Positions 17,212-26,074 of a stretch of 26,185 nt of DNA are shown here, piece by piece. The stretch spans positions 1 to 26,185 of the forward strand of contig JBGSTX010000127.1 of the NCBI GenBank assembly GCA_041736305.1. Direction: 5' to 3'. This DNA is from Oligoflexus sp. (lineage in GTDB: Bacteria; Bdellovibrionota_B; Oligoflexia; Oligoflexales; Oligoflexaceae). The notes beneath the pieces are model-generated. The model worked only from the letters and a program-made list of their open reading frames with translations. It did no database searches and was not told the DNA's origin. Within the stretch, counting starts at the first letter, position 1, and each line of letters begins with the position of its first letter. The translations under genes were made by a program, and so were the position numbers.

Positions 17212-18246
17212 TTAGGGTTCTCGCGTCAGATCGAGAACTAGAGCCGCTGCCAGCTGCCCAGCCATACGCATGCTACTGCTCGACAGGCTTTCGGGTACAT
17301 CTTTTGCGGTGTGCCAGGTCTCAATATTATTGAAATCGATCATATTGAGCGCCTTCACGCCGCGATCCACAAAAGGCTTATGATCGTCTTCAATGGGTGC
17401 CCGCCGATTCGCTCGGTAGAGGAACCCTTTGTTGACCTTTTTATCGAGTTCAATGGCCTTTGCCAAGAGCCCAGGATCAGAATGGAGTTCACGGGTCAGG
17501 GAAGCGTTGGGCATGCCGACCATATCGAGTAGCAGCATGGCTTTAACTTTCTCTCCCCCCCACATCGCCGGCAGACACATACTACCATCACAGGGAGTCA
17601 GGAGACTCGCCATGTGCCGGCTGCCGTAAAGGTGATCCTGAATTTTCGCAGGATGAGAACGCTCGCCGTCATACCATTCGGGGAGATAGGCTTCTTCGGC
17701 ATCAAACCAAACAGCGAGGATGCTGCAGCGCAGCTGCTCTTTAATCTCAGCTTTCTGCAGGCCCCGCATCAGCTCGAGAACCACCGCGGTCGATGAGCCA
17801 CTGTCGTTAGCACCCAGCGAGATTTCGCCTTCTAGACGCTTGGAATCATAGTGAGAAGCGACCAGGAGAACACAGGAACTGCCTGGGACTTTGAGCTTCG
17901 CCAGCACGTTTGCAGCTTCGAGATCTAGAGTCGTCGTCTGCATGACGCTCGCAGCATTCAAGGCAGCGGGATCAGGCACTGTAGCTATGAAAGCATCTAG
18001 CTGCACCTCTAGGCCCGCTGCCTCCGCTTCGGATTTGAGGTATTCCATGACTTGCTTTTGGCGGGGGGAACCCATGGGATGAGGTTCAGCCGCTACGAAC
18101 TTCACGCTTGCTTCTACCCGCGCTTCATCCCAGCTAATAGGAGCTGCATCACTTGCCGTGTCGTCTTTCGAGGACTTACCCTTGCAAAAGGCACCGAGCA
18201 GGATCGCAAAACTGAGGCCTAGAGTGCAGAATTTTTCGATCTTCAC
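17212..18246 (-). CDS. M28-family Zn lipoprotein, glutaminyl-peptide cyclotransferase-like
   Basis: Signal peptide with Cys (LLGAFC); motifs SHYDSK, GANDSGS, FDAEEA, LYGSRH, LLDMVG, IEDDHKPF, WHT. Confidence 0.82.
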   Translation of the reverse strand: MKIEKFCTLGLSFAILLGAFCKGKSSKDDTASDAAPISWDEARVEASVKFVAAEPHPMGSPRQKQVMEYLKSEAEAAGLEVQLDAFIATVPDPAALNAASVMQTTTLDLEAANVLAKLKVPGSSCVLLVASHYDSKRLEGEISLGANDSGSSTAVVLELMRGLQKAEIKEQLRCSILAVWFDAEEAYLPEWYDGERSHPAKIQDHLYGSRHMASLLTPCDGSMCLPAMWGGEKVKAMLLLDMVGMPNASLTRELHSDPGLLAKAIELDKKVNKGFLYRANRRAPIEDDHKPFVDRGVKALNMIDFNNIETWHTAKDVPESLSSSSMRMAGQLAAALVLDLTREP

Positions 18247-18261
18247 GCTGGCCTCACGGAT

Positions 18262-19107
18262 TTAAGATTTTTTCGTAGTAGACGGCGCAGCGACCCGACC
18301 TCGCGCGTCGCCGTCGAGCCAAGGGAACCATTCGAGGAGCTTGCCGCTGAAGGCCAATATACCGACTATAATGAAGGGAATACTGAGCAGCTGGCCCATG
18401 TTGAGGGGGAGCTCGTTCTCAAAACCAACCTGGTTTTCTTTAACAAACTCGATGAAGAAGCGGGCTGTAAAAATCCAGGTCAGCATCAGACCGATCAAAC
18501 GACCCCGAACCTCTGGCGCTTTAGTCTTAAAGTACATCCAGTAGAGAATCACAAAGAGTACAAGATAACTCGCGGCCTCGTAGAGCATCGCAGGATGCCG
18601 AGGAGTGTTGTCACCAGCCGCCGCAAAGATGATCCCGAAAGCGCTATCAGTAGGTTTGCCGAGAATCTCTGAATTAAAGAAGTTGCCGATGCGAATACAG
18701 GCGGCGGTAAAAGCGGTGCCTATCGCGATTCGATCGGCAAGCCAGATATAGCCTTGATCAGGGTGCTTGCGCTTATACAGCCAGGTAGAGAATAGAACGC
18801 CGACAGAGCCTCCATGACTCGCCAGCCCCCCGCGCCACACATAGAGGATTTCAAAGGGATGGCTCAGATAGTATTCGGGCTCGTAAAAGAGACAATGGCC
18901 GATACGCGCGCCGATGATAGTTCCGAGCATGAGGTGCATCAGCAGAGAGGAGAGATCTTCCTCGTTACGGCCTTCCCTTATGAAGATCTTCTGCATGATC
19001 GAATAGCCGACCATAAAACCGATCGCAAACATGAGCCCGTACCAGCGGGGGGCAAAGGAGCCAATGTTGAAAATTTCCGGAGAAAAGTCCCAAACGAAAT
19101 GTTCCAT
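18262..19107 (-). CDS. lgt: Prolipoprotein diacylglyceryl transferase
   Basis: RWYGLMF, IGARIGHCLFY, WRGGLASHGG, RIGNFFNSE, RHPAMLYE, RFFIEFVK, MGQLLSIP. Confidence 0.96.
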   Translation of the reverse strand: MEHFVWDFSPEIFNIGSFAPRWYGLMFAIGFMVGYSIMQKIFIREGRNEEDLSSLLMHLMLGTIIGARIGHCLFYEPEYYLSHPFEILYVWRGGLASHGGSVGVLFSTWLYKRKHPDQGYIWLADRIAIGTAFTAACIRIGNFFNSEILGKPTDSAFGIIFAAAGDNTPRHPAMLYEAASYLVLFVILYWMYFKTKAPEVRGRLIGLMLTWIFTARFFIEFVKENQVGFENELPLNMGQLLSIPFIIVGILAFSGKLLEWFPWLDGDARGRVAAPSTTKKS

Positions 19108-19265
19108 CTCAGCTTTCCTTCTTCCGAGCGACAGACTCTCGAAGCAGTTTTCAAAAAACCATTATGACAAAGATGCTCCCGATTTGCAGCTGATTTGCTC
19201 AAACCAAGGTTCTCAATCATCTTGGCATGGAGTGCCCGAGCTGACTCGGGACCTTGCCTTTTGCC

Positions 19266-19631
19266 TTAGTTAGGGGAGAGGACGATCAGATCGCCTTTAG
19301 AGTCTTGGCCTATGATCGCGTCGAGAGCACTGTAATAGCGGAAGGTAACGGTCTCATAGTACTCAAATTCAATATCGACTTCGTAGCCAACCAAGGCGAG
19401 GTAGCGGACGTATTTATAGGAATTAGCCTGGACGAGAGCTACAAAAATATTGTCAGCGACCGTCTCGACAAAGTCGTAAAGCTTGGGATTCGCCGCCAAT
19501 TCGAGATTATCGGAGAGCATGTATTGACCGAGACGAACGGGCAGGAAAACCGTTTTGGAACCGTTGCTCCAGCCTTGAGTGGCCGTGAGGCCAGAGAATA
19601 GAAGGAGTACAGTCAGTATAAGTTTTTGCAT
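19266..19631 (-). CDS. Small secreted hypothetical protein (121 aa)
   Basis: Signal-peptide-like MQKLILTVLLLFSGLTA. ATG 19631 overlaps the upstream stop (TGATG), implying translational coupling. Confidence 0.7.
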   Translation of the reverse strand: MQKLILTVLLLFSGLTATQGWSNGSKTVFLPVRLGQYMLSDNLELAANPKLYDFVETVADNIFVALVQANSYKYVRYLALVGYEVDIEFEYYETVTFRYYSALDAIIGQDSKGDLIVLSPN

Positions 19632-20404
19632 CAAAGGCGCTCCTGGCTCGGTTCCCATTCATGTCGATCATACAATGAGTACATCAAATCACAGAAGAAA
19701 TGAACTTCCCCTGCAGCCTCAGGTTGCTCGATGAGGGTATTCACGTCTTTAATAAACTTTAAAACAATCTCTTTCAAGCGGGGGACTACTTCCTTCGAAA
19801 TAGATCCCGTCGCATGCATCAAACTAGCACCCTCAGTCCCGAGAAGATGCTTGTCAAAATGCTCGGTGGACTGCCTGAGCTGAGCGAGTGCGTCGTCAAG
19901 GTTGCCCATGGCCCAGGATTCGTCTGAATAACGAATGAGTCCCTCTGCCGACTCATTCAAGAGTCCGACGTTGAGCATCTCCTCGAGCGCATCGAGACCC
20001 GTCTGTCCGCAGAGGCGGTTGATGCTGAAGCGATTGGTGCCGGCCTTGGTCGCAGCTATATTAAAAATGCGATTGTGCGGCTCCATCCGCAGGAAGCGCC
20101 GCAGCGATTCATCATTAGGCTCTTGACGCATTTCGGGGGTGTAGACGCTATCCATCAGACTACCGATGGTAGGGAAGTGCTTTTTCAGAAACTCGACGCG
20201 CTGCGCCGTAGTCATGACAATCTCGGCAAGCGCCAGAGCTGTATAGGGATGCGGCACGCTTTCGTTCTGGGCAATTCGCCTTACAGTAGAATAAGCAACG
20301 TTGGACCGCCGCGACAGACTCGATAGATTCCGTTGGCGGTTGCCCTGTATCCACGCGTTGATTGCTTCCACAAGATCGGCTAGCAGTGCCTGCTCGTTGA
20401 CCAT
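19631..20404 (-). CDS. Putative transcriptional regulator: N-terminal XRE-like HTH plus a DUF4423/TIGR02147-like C-terminus
   Basis: RNLSSLSRRSNVAYSTVRRIAQNESVP is HTH-like. A central winged-helix-like segment (LEEMLNVGLL) precedes a C-terminal amphipathic helix plus strand (LKEIVLKFIKDV...EVHFFCDLMY). Family assignment is by recollection of architecture only. Confidence 0.65.
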   Translation of the reverse strand: MVNEQALLADLVEAINAWIQGNRQRNLSSLSRRSNVAYSTVRRIAQNESVPHPYTALALAEIVMTTAQRVEFLKKHFPTIGSLMDSVYTPEMRQEPNDESLRRFLRMEPHNRIFNIAATKAGTNRFSINRLCGQTGLDALEEMLNVGLLNESAEGLIRYSDESWAMGNLDDALAQLRQSTEHFDKHLLGTEGASLMHATGSISKEVVPRLKEIVLKFIKDVNTLIEQPEAAGEVHFFCDLMYSLYDRHEWEPSQERL

Positions 20405-20961
20405 CCCTTAACCTTTACCAATAACGAAGCCTGCACCTCGTTAAAAGGGTGCTGAAAAATGCCCTCGCTCATTCCGAGAGAGTTTTCAGCAAAAACTGTC
20501 CGTCTATTTAGTGAAAACAAACATAATCTTTATGTCTTTGCAAATGAAATGTGCTTAATGTGAGCGCTCGACTGGGGCCATTGTGCTCGCCTCGCTCAAA
20601 AATGTTAAGCGGAATCTTATGGATTGTTGACACGAATGAGCGAGTTTGGGAGAACCCTCAATAGGTAGTCAACGCCGCTTGAGAGAAAGCTTCCCAGCAT
20701 TCATGCTGAGCGATCTTTCATGTGCAGAGACGAGGAAAAGTTACCCCACTTATCCAGCAAAAGCATGGGGCAACCATAAGGTAGTAGCATCCTGACCTTA
20801 TAAGCACCTAGTCACGAGCGGTCAAGAGCCGAGCGTTAAAGATTGCCCCCTTCCCCGTTGATTTTTCCGCCTAGACTCTAGGCCGGTTGCCTTGGGACTC
20901 TGTTCCTGTCAACGGTTCCCTCTTGAATAGCCTTGAACAAAGGTCCCGCTAAATCTTCCGA

Positions 20962-20985
20962 AGGGCAGTAAGCTGATACTGCCCT
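20962..20985. terminator. Hairpin just past the 3' end of the 21004..22248 gene
   Basis: AGGGCAGTA-agctga-TACTGCCCT, a 9-bp stem about 20 nt from the stop codon; weak U-tract. Confidence 0.5.
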
Positions 20986-21003
20986 CCGACCATTTCATGT
21001 AAT

Positions 21004-22248
21004 TCATGCGCGGCTAGAATTTGTTAGCGACTTTGGCCGATGGGCAGGTCTAGCGTCATAAAGATACTCGCATATCATCTCAGTCTGAAAGAGCATGACG
21101 CGATAGCGCGTATAGATACCATGTCCAAAGACCGTCGCGAGAAAATTAGGTAATTTTCCTTGATCCTGATAGTCGACCAGCAGCGTACGGCCGAAATTTC
21201 CAAGGCGCTCCCGTCTCATCATCGAGTTGTACCAAAGCCGCGTATCAGTTCCCTTACCCAGAATAGGATCTAATTCTCGGTTGAGCTGGCGCTCTCGTCC
21301 CGTCGTAGCCAAAGTATCAGAACCAATAGTCCCCCACTGCTGCACATAGTCGCCTGCAGCCGTTTGCCAGAAGCCTAGCATATGATCCGCCTGGTGATGT
21401 TCACCTCGATGGTTGATGAAATGCAAGGCGCGCATATCAGGAAGGAAAGCCCAGGCGTAGCGCACGGGACCCCCTAGCGTGACAAAGTCAAAGGATACCT
21501 GCCGTAAGCGTGCCGACTCGCGATCGAGGTGCGAGGTAGCCAAGTTTTCGCGATCGATAAGGTCCCAGAGCTGCTTCCCTATCTCACTCGGACCAATAAG
21601 ATGCGTAAAGAGTGCGAAGACTTGGCGTGCATGACTGTGGCCGATGAGCAGAACACGCGAGCCGGGTTTGAGATTATCTTGCGTGATCAAATAGCTAATG
21701 AGCCGAATTGCCCCCTGCAAGCGGGCAATATGATGATTTCCTGAAGACCATTGCATAATGGAACACTTAGCCACCTCGCCGGTAGCTTTCTCAAAAAGTT
21801 CGACGTAGTGAGGGAGGAAGTTACCGTTGTCCAGGGCGATGCGATTCATAGCCCCCTTCATCGCCAGCTGAATCTTATCCTCCATTTTTTCATACATGCT
21901 CGGCAAAAAGGACTGGAGCGGGGGGAGCAGTCCGAGGGGATCGGATCCGACAAAGGTACCGTGCAAGAAGAGGACGTGACCTACTCCTGCCGCATCCAGG
22001 ACGCTGCCAGCTCGCTCCATACGCGAGCGCCAGACGGGGCTTTGTGCGTCTAATTCGTTGTCTTTGGCATGAAAAGGCACGGGTTCGGTAAAGTTGAGGA
22101 AGACCGGCTCATGGACCAAGTCCTCCGGAGGAGTCAAAGCTACTGGCTCGTCGGGCAACTGCTGGCGCCACCACCAGACGATGAAGCCGAAGATGACGAG
22201 CAGCGTGATGATGAAAAATATAATTATCTTGAGATCATTTTCGGTCAT
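21004..22248 (-). CDS. Membrane-anchored alpha/beta-hydrolase-like hypothetical protein
   Basis: N-terminal TM helix; VLFLHGTF (oxyanion-like), LLIGHSHA (nucleophile-elbow variant), FVTLGGP, and C-terminal HGIY. Confidence 0.7.
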   Translation of the reverse strand: MTENDLKIIIFFIITLLVIFGFIVWWWRQQLPDEPVALTPPEDLVHEPVFLNFTEPVPFHAKDNELDAQSPVWRSRMERAGSVLDAAGVGHVLFLHGTFVGSDPLGLLPPLQSFLPSMYEKMEDKIQLAMKGAMNRIALDNGNFLPHYVELFEKATGEVAKCSIMQWSSGNHHIARLQGAIRLISYLITQDNLKPGSRVLLIGHSHARQVFALFTHLIGPSEIGKQLWDLIDRENLATSHLDRESARLRQVSFDFVTLGGPVRYAWAFLPDMRALHFINHRGEHHQADHMLGFWQTAAGDYVQQWGTIGSDTLATTGRERQLNRELDPILGKGTDTRLWYNSMMRRERLGNFGRTLLVDYQDQGKLPNFLATVFGHGIYTRYRVMLFQTEMICEYLYDARPAHRPKSLTNSSRA

Positions 22249-22286
22249 AAGTTGTGAACCAAGCCTCCTTGCTCGATTTTAAGTAC

Positions 22287-22931
22287 TTAGATAGGAGGCG
22301 GAAACTCGCCGTTTTGAGCATCCTGCAGTATTGTTTCTCGCACAGCACTGTAGTCTGTCGTACGCGGTTCAGGAAGGGTAGTGACATCGCGTTCGATTTC
22401 CGAGAATTTAGATCCTACTTGGACGTCAGTTCCAGTAGCTACACTTCCCTTAATCTGTACTTTGATGACAGAACGGGCGACGCCAGCTTTAATTTGCTGA
22501 GCGTTAGGGCCGTAGTAGAGGAACATGGCGTCGTAGCGATTATCCGCTTTGAGTATCGTACTGTAGACGGTTAATCCGCTGTTCGCGCTCAGATTGCTCT
22601 GATAAGTGAAGGCCGAACCGAGAGTGCTAGCCGGGACTCTCTTTCCCTCCGCGTTGTCGAAACGGCAGCCGACGAGAGCCTCGGGAGCTGCATCGGTAGG
22701 TTGGGTTTCGTAAGAGCAGTGGAGGTAGTGCCCAATAATATTTTGGGGCGGATCGATTCGCTCTTCTTCTGGGTCACCGGTTGCCGTAAGAGGCTGGTCG
22801 GCCTCGGTAGCCTCTTTTGCTCCCGTGGAGGTCGATATCTTTTTACTTTCCTTGAGCTGCGCGGTTGGCTGACAAGCCACGCTAGCCAAGCTTATGCTGA
22901 ATAATGATAAAAATAGATATTTACCGTTCAT
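22287..22931 (-). CDS. Hypothetical lipoprotein (214 aa)
   Basis: MNGKYLFLSLFSISLASVAC lipobox-like signal, low-complexity linker, and a Cys pair (LHCSY...VGCRF). Confidence 0.75.
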   Translation of the reverse strand: MNGKYLFLSLFSISLASVACQPTAQLKESKKISTSTGAKEATEADQPLTATGDPEEERIDPPQNIIGHYLHCSYETQPTDAAPEALVGCRFDNAEGKRVPASTLGSAFTYQSNLSANSGLTVYSTILKADNRYDAMFLYYGPNAQQIKAGVARSVIKVQIKGSVATGTDVQVGSKFSEIERDVTTLPEPRTTDYSAVRETILQDAQNGEFPPPI

Positions 22932-22985
22932 AGTAGTCTCATGCTCCTAGCGATACGGAGCTTTTCGGCATAACTTGGATTAAAC

Positions 22986-24041
22986 TTAAGGGGGGCAGCT
23001 TATCTTACTAGAATAATGTCTCTTTGCGCGCATCAATGCGATTAAACTCGAAATGGTGATATCGGCTGCACTAGCACCGCGCGAAAGATCGGAAAAAGGT
23101 TTGCGGGTTCCCTGCAAAATAGGGCCATAGGCGTCAAACCCACCCAGCCTCTGCGTAATCTTGTAGGCGATATTCCCGGCATCAAGATTCGGGAAGATAA
23201 AGCAGTTGGCTCTCGCAGCCACTGTCGAAAGAGGAGCCTTCCGAAGCGCGACCAGCTTATCTACCGCTGCATCGAACTGCAGCTCACCATCGGCACTGAT
23301 GGACGGAAAACGCTCCTGAAAGAGTGCAGCTGCCTGTGCGACCTTATCTACCAGGGGGTGTCGCGCAGAGCCCTTAGTCGAAAACGAGAGGAAGGCGACC
23401 CGCGCTTCTTGACCAGGAAAAAGCGCCTGAAAGCTGAGGGCCGTTGCATAGGCGATGTCGACTAGTTGTTCCATGCTAGGATCGATGACGACAGCGCAGT
23501 CCCCATACATGTAGGCCAAGGCCGGTTCAGCCGCTCGTACCATCGCGAAGGAACCGGAAATGGTCTTAGTACCTTCTTCGAGTCCTACGCCACGCAAAGC
23601 AGCCTTTATAACATCCGAGGTTGTATGCTGACAGCCTGCGACCACCGCAGCGACTTGATCGGTGCTGAGCAAATAAGCGGCTTGGTCGAGAGGCTGCTTA
23701 GCCAAAAGCCCCAGTTCTGCTTCGCTCATCGCCTTGCCACGGCGCTCGAATTCGGCCTTTATATGCTTCTGGGTTGCCGCTGCCAGGGAAGGAAAATCTC
23801 GCGTCGACCAGAGAAGTCGCTTTTCAAGGGGGATAAGATTAATACCAAGCTGCTCCGCTAAGGCTAGAGTTGCATCAGGGTCGGCGAAGAGCACGATTTT
23901 TTTGACCGCTTCTTCTTGCAGTAAATTTAGAGTAGCCGCGAGCACCCGGGGATCAGAGCTTTCCGGTAAAGCGAGAACCTGGGGATCTTGACGGCTCAGG
24001 TGCAATAGTCGCTCGGTGAAAGGATTGCTACTTAGCGGCAT
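22986..24041 (-). CDS. pta: Phosphate acetyltransferase (short, catalytic-domain-only form)
   Basis: LALPESSDPRVL, GDCAV, AFLSFSTKGS, DGELQFDAA, IFPNLDAGNIAYK, GPILQG, DLSRG. ATG 24041 follows GAGGA. Confidence 0.92.
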   Translation of the reverse strand: MPLSSNPFTERLLHLSRQDPQVLALPESSDPRVLAATLNLLQEEAVKKIVLFADPDATLALAEQLGINLIPLEKRLLWSTRDFPSLAAATQKHIKAEFERRGKAMSEAELGLLAKQPLDQAAYLLSTDQVAAVVAGCQHTTSDVIKAALRGVGLEEGTKTISGSFAMVRAAEPALAYMYGDCAVVIDPSMEQLVDIAYATALSFQALFPGQEARVAFLSFSTKGSARHPLVDKVAQAAALFQERFPSISADGELQFDAAVDKLVALRKAPLSTVAARANCFIFPNLDAGNIAYKITQRLGGFDAYGPILQGTRKPFSDLSRGASAADITISSLIALMRAKRHYSSKISCPP

Positions 24042-24263
24042 GCCGGTCCTCGTCTTTGGAAAATGGATGGGGGATAGCTGGAGGCGCTCTTCCTCTTCTG
24101 GATAGCACGGGCGCGGAAAAAAGCGAAGATCGCTCTGCACCGTTTTAACTATTTGATATTAAATTGATTTTATCGTCCAGCGCACCATTCTTGAATTATA
24201 CTCAACTTTTTTAATAAGGGGCCGATAGCAATACGTGGGTCTAAGAGCTCGAACTGATTTGCC

Positions 24264-26054
24264 ATGGAAGTAGCTTCAATGATTCTGATTGCGACTAAGC
24301 ATAAAGGACTGGCAAGCAAACTAAAACTGGATCTTGAGAAGATCAAGGCCAAGGTGAAGCTCATTCAATTAGGAGATCCCGAGTTTCTCCATGCGTGCTA
24401 CAGCAGCGACGTCAGCGCCATAGTCACCGACGACGAAACGCTTGGCCTTCCCTTGGAAGCCAATCTCGATCTTTTCAATGCGCTCGGACGCCGCATTTCA
24501 GTCATCATCCTCCGCGACAAATCCATTGAAGAAGAAGCTGCGGCACGAGGTTCGGCGGATACTTTTACCGACCATGTAACGATCCTCAACAAGGATCAGT
24601 ACCCTGACATCCTGGCGACAGTCACTTTTTTCACCGGTGCTATGGCTGAAGGCCTTCGCAGCAAGGTGAGCGCTATACCTTTCTATAATCCCCAGATTCC
24701 TATCTCCATGCTCAAAAGGTTTGGCGGACTTGGAATTTTGACCATCGATGCCTCTGGTTTCAATAAAATCAGCGTCGATTACGGTATCGATGTATATAAC
24801 AAAATGAAGCGAGTCCTCAACGATGTCCTCTATGGGCTTTGGGGTGGGGCTGGTTGTATCCGTGAAAGTGATATTCTCTGCCGCCGTTCGACTACCAGCA
24901 ACACTTATCTGATCTTTATGAATCGCTCGCGGGAAACCGGGGCACTGCCCTATCCAGGTGCCTTGGAGCGCGTTGCCGATAGACTCTCGACCGCTATCAA
25001 TAATGCGATGTGGCAAGAACTCTTTCAGCCTCGCGACAAGAGCAATATTCCTGAATGTGTTCAGACTATACCATTGCTTGGCGTCGGCTTCTTCGGCGTC
25101 TTGAATAATCCCTGTATCGATTTACACGAGATTCTGGATAACGGCCTGGAGTCCAGCAAGCAAATGGCCCAAGCTCAGCTCAAACGCGGACGCGAGCGTC
25201 AACGCGAGCTGATGCAGACTCTCATCCAGTCCGAAGATCTGCTCACACCCCACTATCAAGGAGTCTTCTTCCTTCAGAAAATCGACGAGAATATGGTCAA
25301 GCAAAGCCACGATGCGCGTAGCATCAGCGTGCTAAGTCCCCATATTTTCGGCTTTGAGTCTCTTATCAGGGTCAATCAAGAAGGCGCTCAGCTGCAGAAT
25401 AGCTTGGAAGCTGGTTTTGATTCTAAGTATCTGCGCCCGGATGTTCTCTTCGCGCTGGCGAAGTACACGAATGTAGCGCTCGAACTCGATCAAGCCTGCA
25501 TGCGACACGCAGCGAGGCATGCTGAGTATCTGCCTGGTACCTTGATGGTCAACATCCTGCCGCGCAATCTTTATTATATCGACCGCCTCAAATCCCATTT
25601 CAAGAGCAAGCAAAAGCTAATGTTTGAAGTTTCCGAGTCAGAGGCGATCAACAATTTAGAATTGATGATGAAATCCCGCGAGCATCTCGAACGCCATTCG
25701 ATGGGGATCGCGGCTGATGACTTCGGCAAGGGCTATTCGAGCTTAGAACGCATCATTCGCATCCGTCCCGATGTCATTAAATTCGACCGCAGTATGATAC
25801 AGGATATCGATAAAGATCGCGTTAAGCAGGCCTACGTGCAAGGTCTAGTTACGGCCGCAAAATTCTTAAATACAACTTGCCTTGCCGAAGGAGTTGAAAC
25901 CTGGGCCGAAGCTAATGTGCTTAAAGAAATGGGTATCGAGCTGATTCAAGGCTTTCTCTTGCATCGTCCACAGTCGGCCCACAATATCCATAAGCAGCTC
26001 GGAATCAGCCCCATCTCGCTCGATAAAGATCATACGATTCCCCAAGTTGCCTGA
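24264..26054 (+). CDS. c-di-GMP phosphodiesterase: pseudo-receiver-like N-terminus, degenerate GGDEF domain, EAL domain
   Basis: EAL motifs GFESLIR, MVNI, FEVSE, DDFGKGYSSL, IKFDRS, AEGVET, QGF. The central region LTIDASGFNKISVDYG...RESDILCRRSTTSNTYLIF aligns to the GGDEF fold but lacks the GGDEF motif. Confidence 0.88.
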   Translation: MEVASMILIATKHKGLASKLKLDLEKIKAKVKLIQLGDPEFLHACYSSDVSAIVTDDETLGLPLEANLDLFNALGRRISVIILRDKSIEEEAAARGSADTFTDHVTILNKDQYPDILATVTFFTGAMAEGLRSKVSAIPFYNPQIPISMLKRFGGLGILTIDASGFNKISVDYGIDVYNKMKRVLNDVLYGLWGGAGCIRESDILCRRSTTSNTYLIFMNRSRETGALPYPGALERVADRLSTAINNAMWQELFQPRDKSNIPECVQTIPLLGVGFFGVLNNPCIDLHEILDNGLESSKQMAQAQLKRGRERQRELMQTLIQSEDLLTPHYQGVFFLQKIDENMVKQSHDARSISVLSPHIFGFESLIRVNQEGAQLQNSLEAGFDSKYLRPDVLFALAKYTNVALELDQACMRHAARHAEYLPGTLMVNILPRNLYYIDRLKSHFKSKQKLMFEVSESEAINNLELMMKSREHLERHSMGIAADDFGKGYSSLERIIRIRPDVIKFDRSMIQDIDKDRVKQAYVQGLVTAAKFLNTTCLAEGVETWAEANVLKEMGIELIQGFLLHRPQSAHNIHKQLGISPISLDKDHTIPQVA

Positions 26055-26074
26055 AGGTTTTTGGGGCCTCGCCT

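Noticed and set aside
20557-20570. AATGTGAGCGCTC resembling the symmetric lac operator
   Set aside because: Only part of the dyad is present and there is no LacI gene or vector context; it was counted as one TGAGCG motif copy.
20703-20795. 30-aa ORF MLSDLSCAETRK... as a leader peptide
   Set aside because: No clear RBS and no informative composition.
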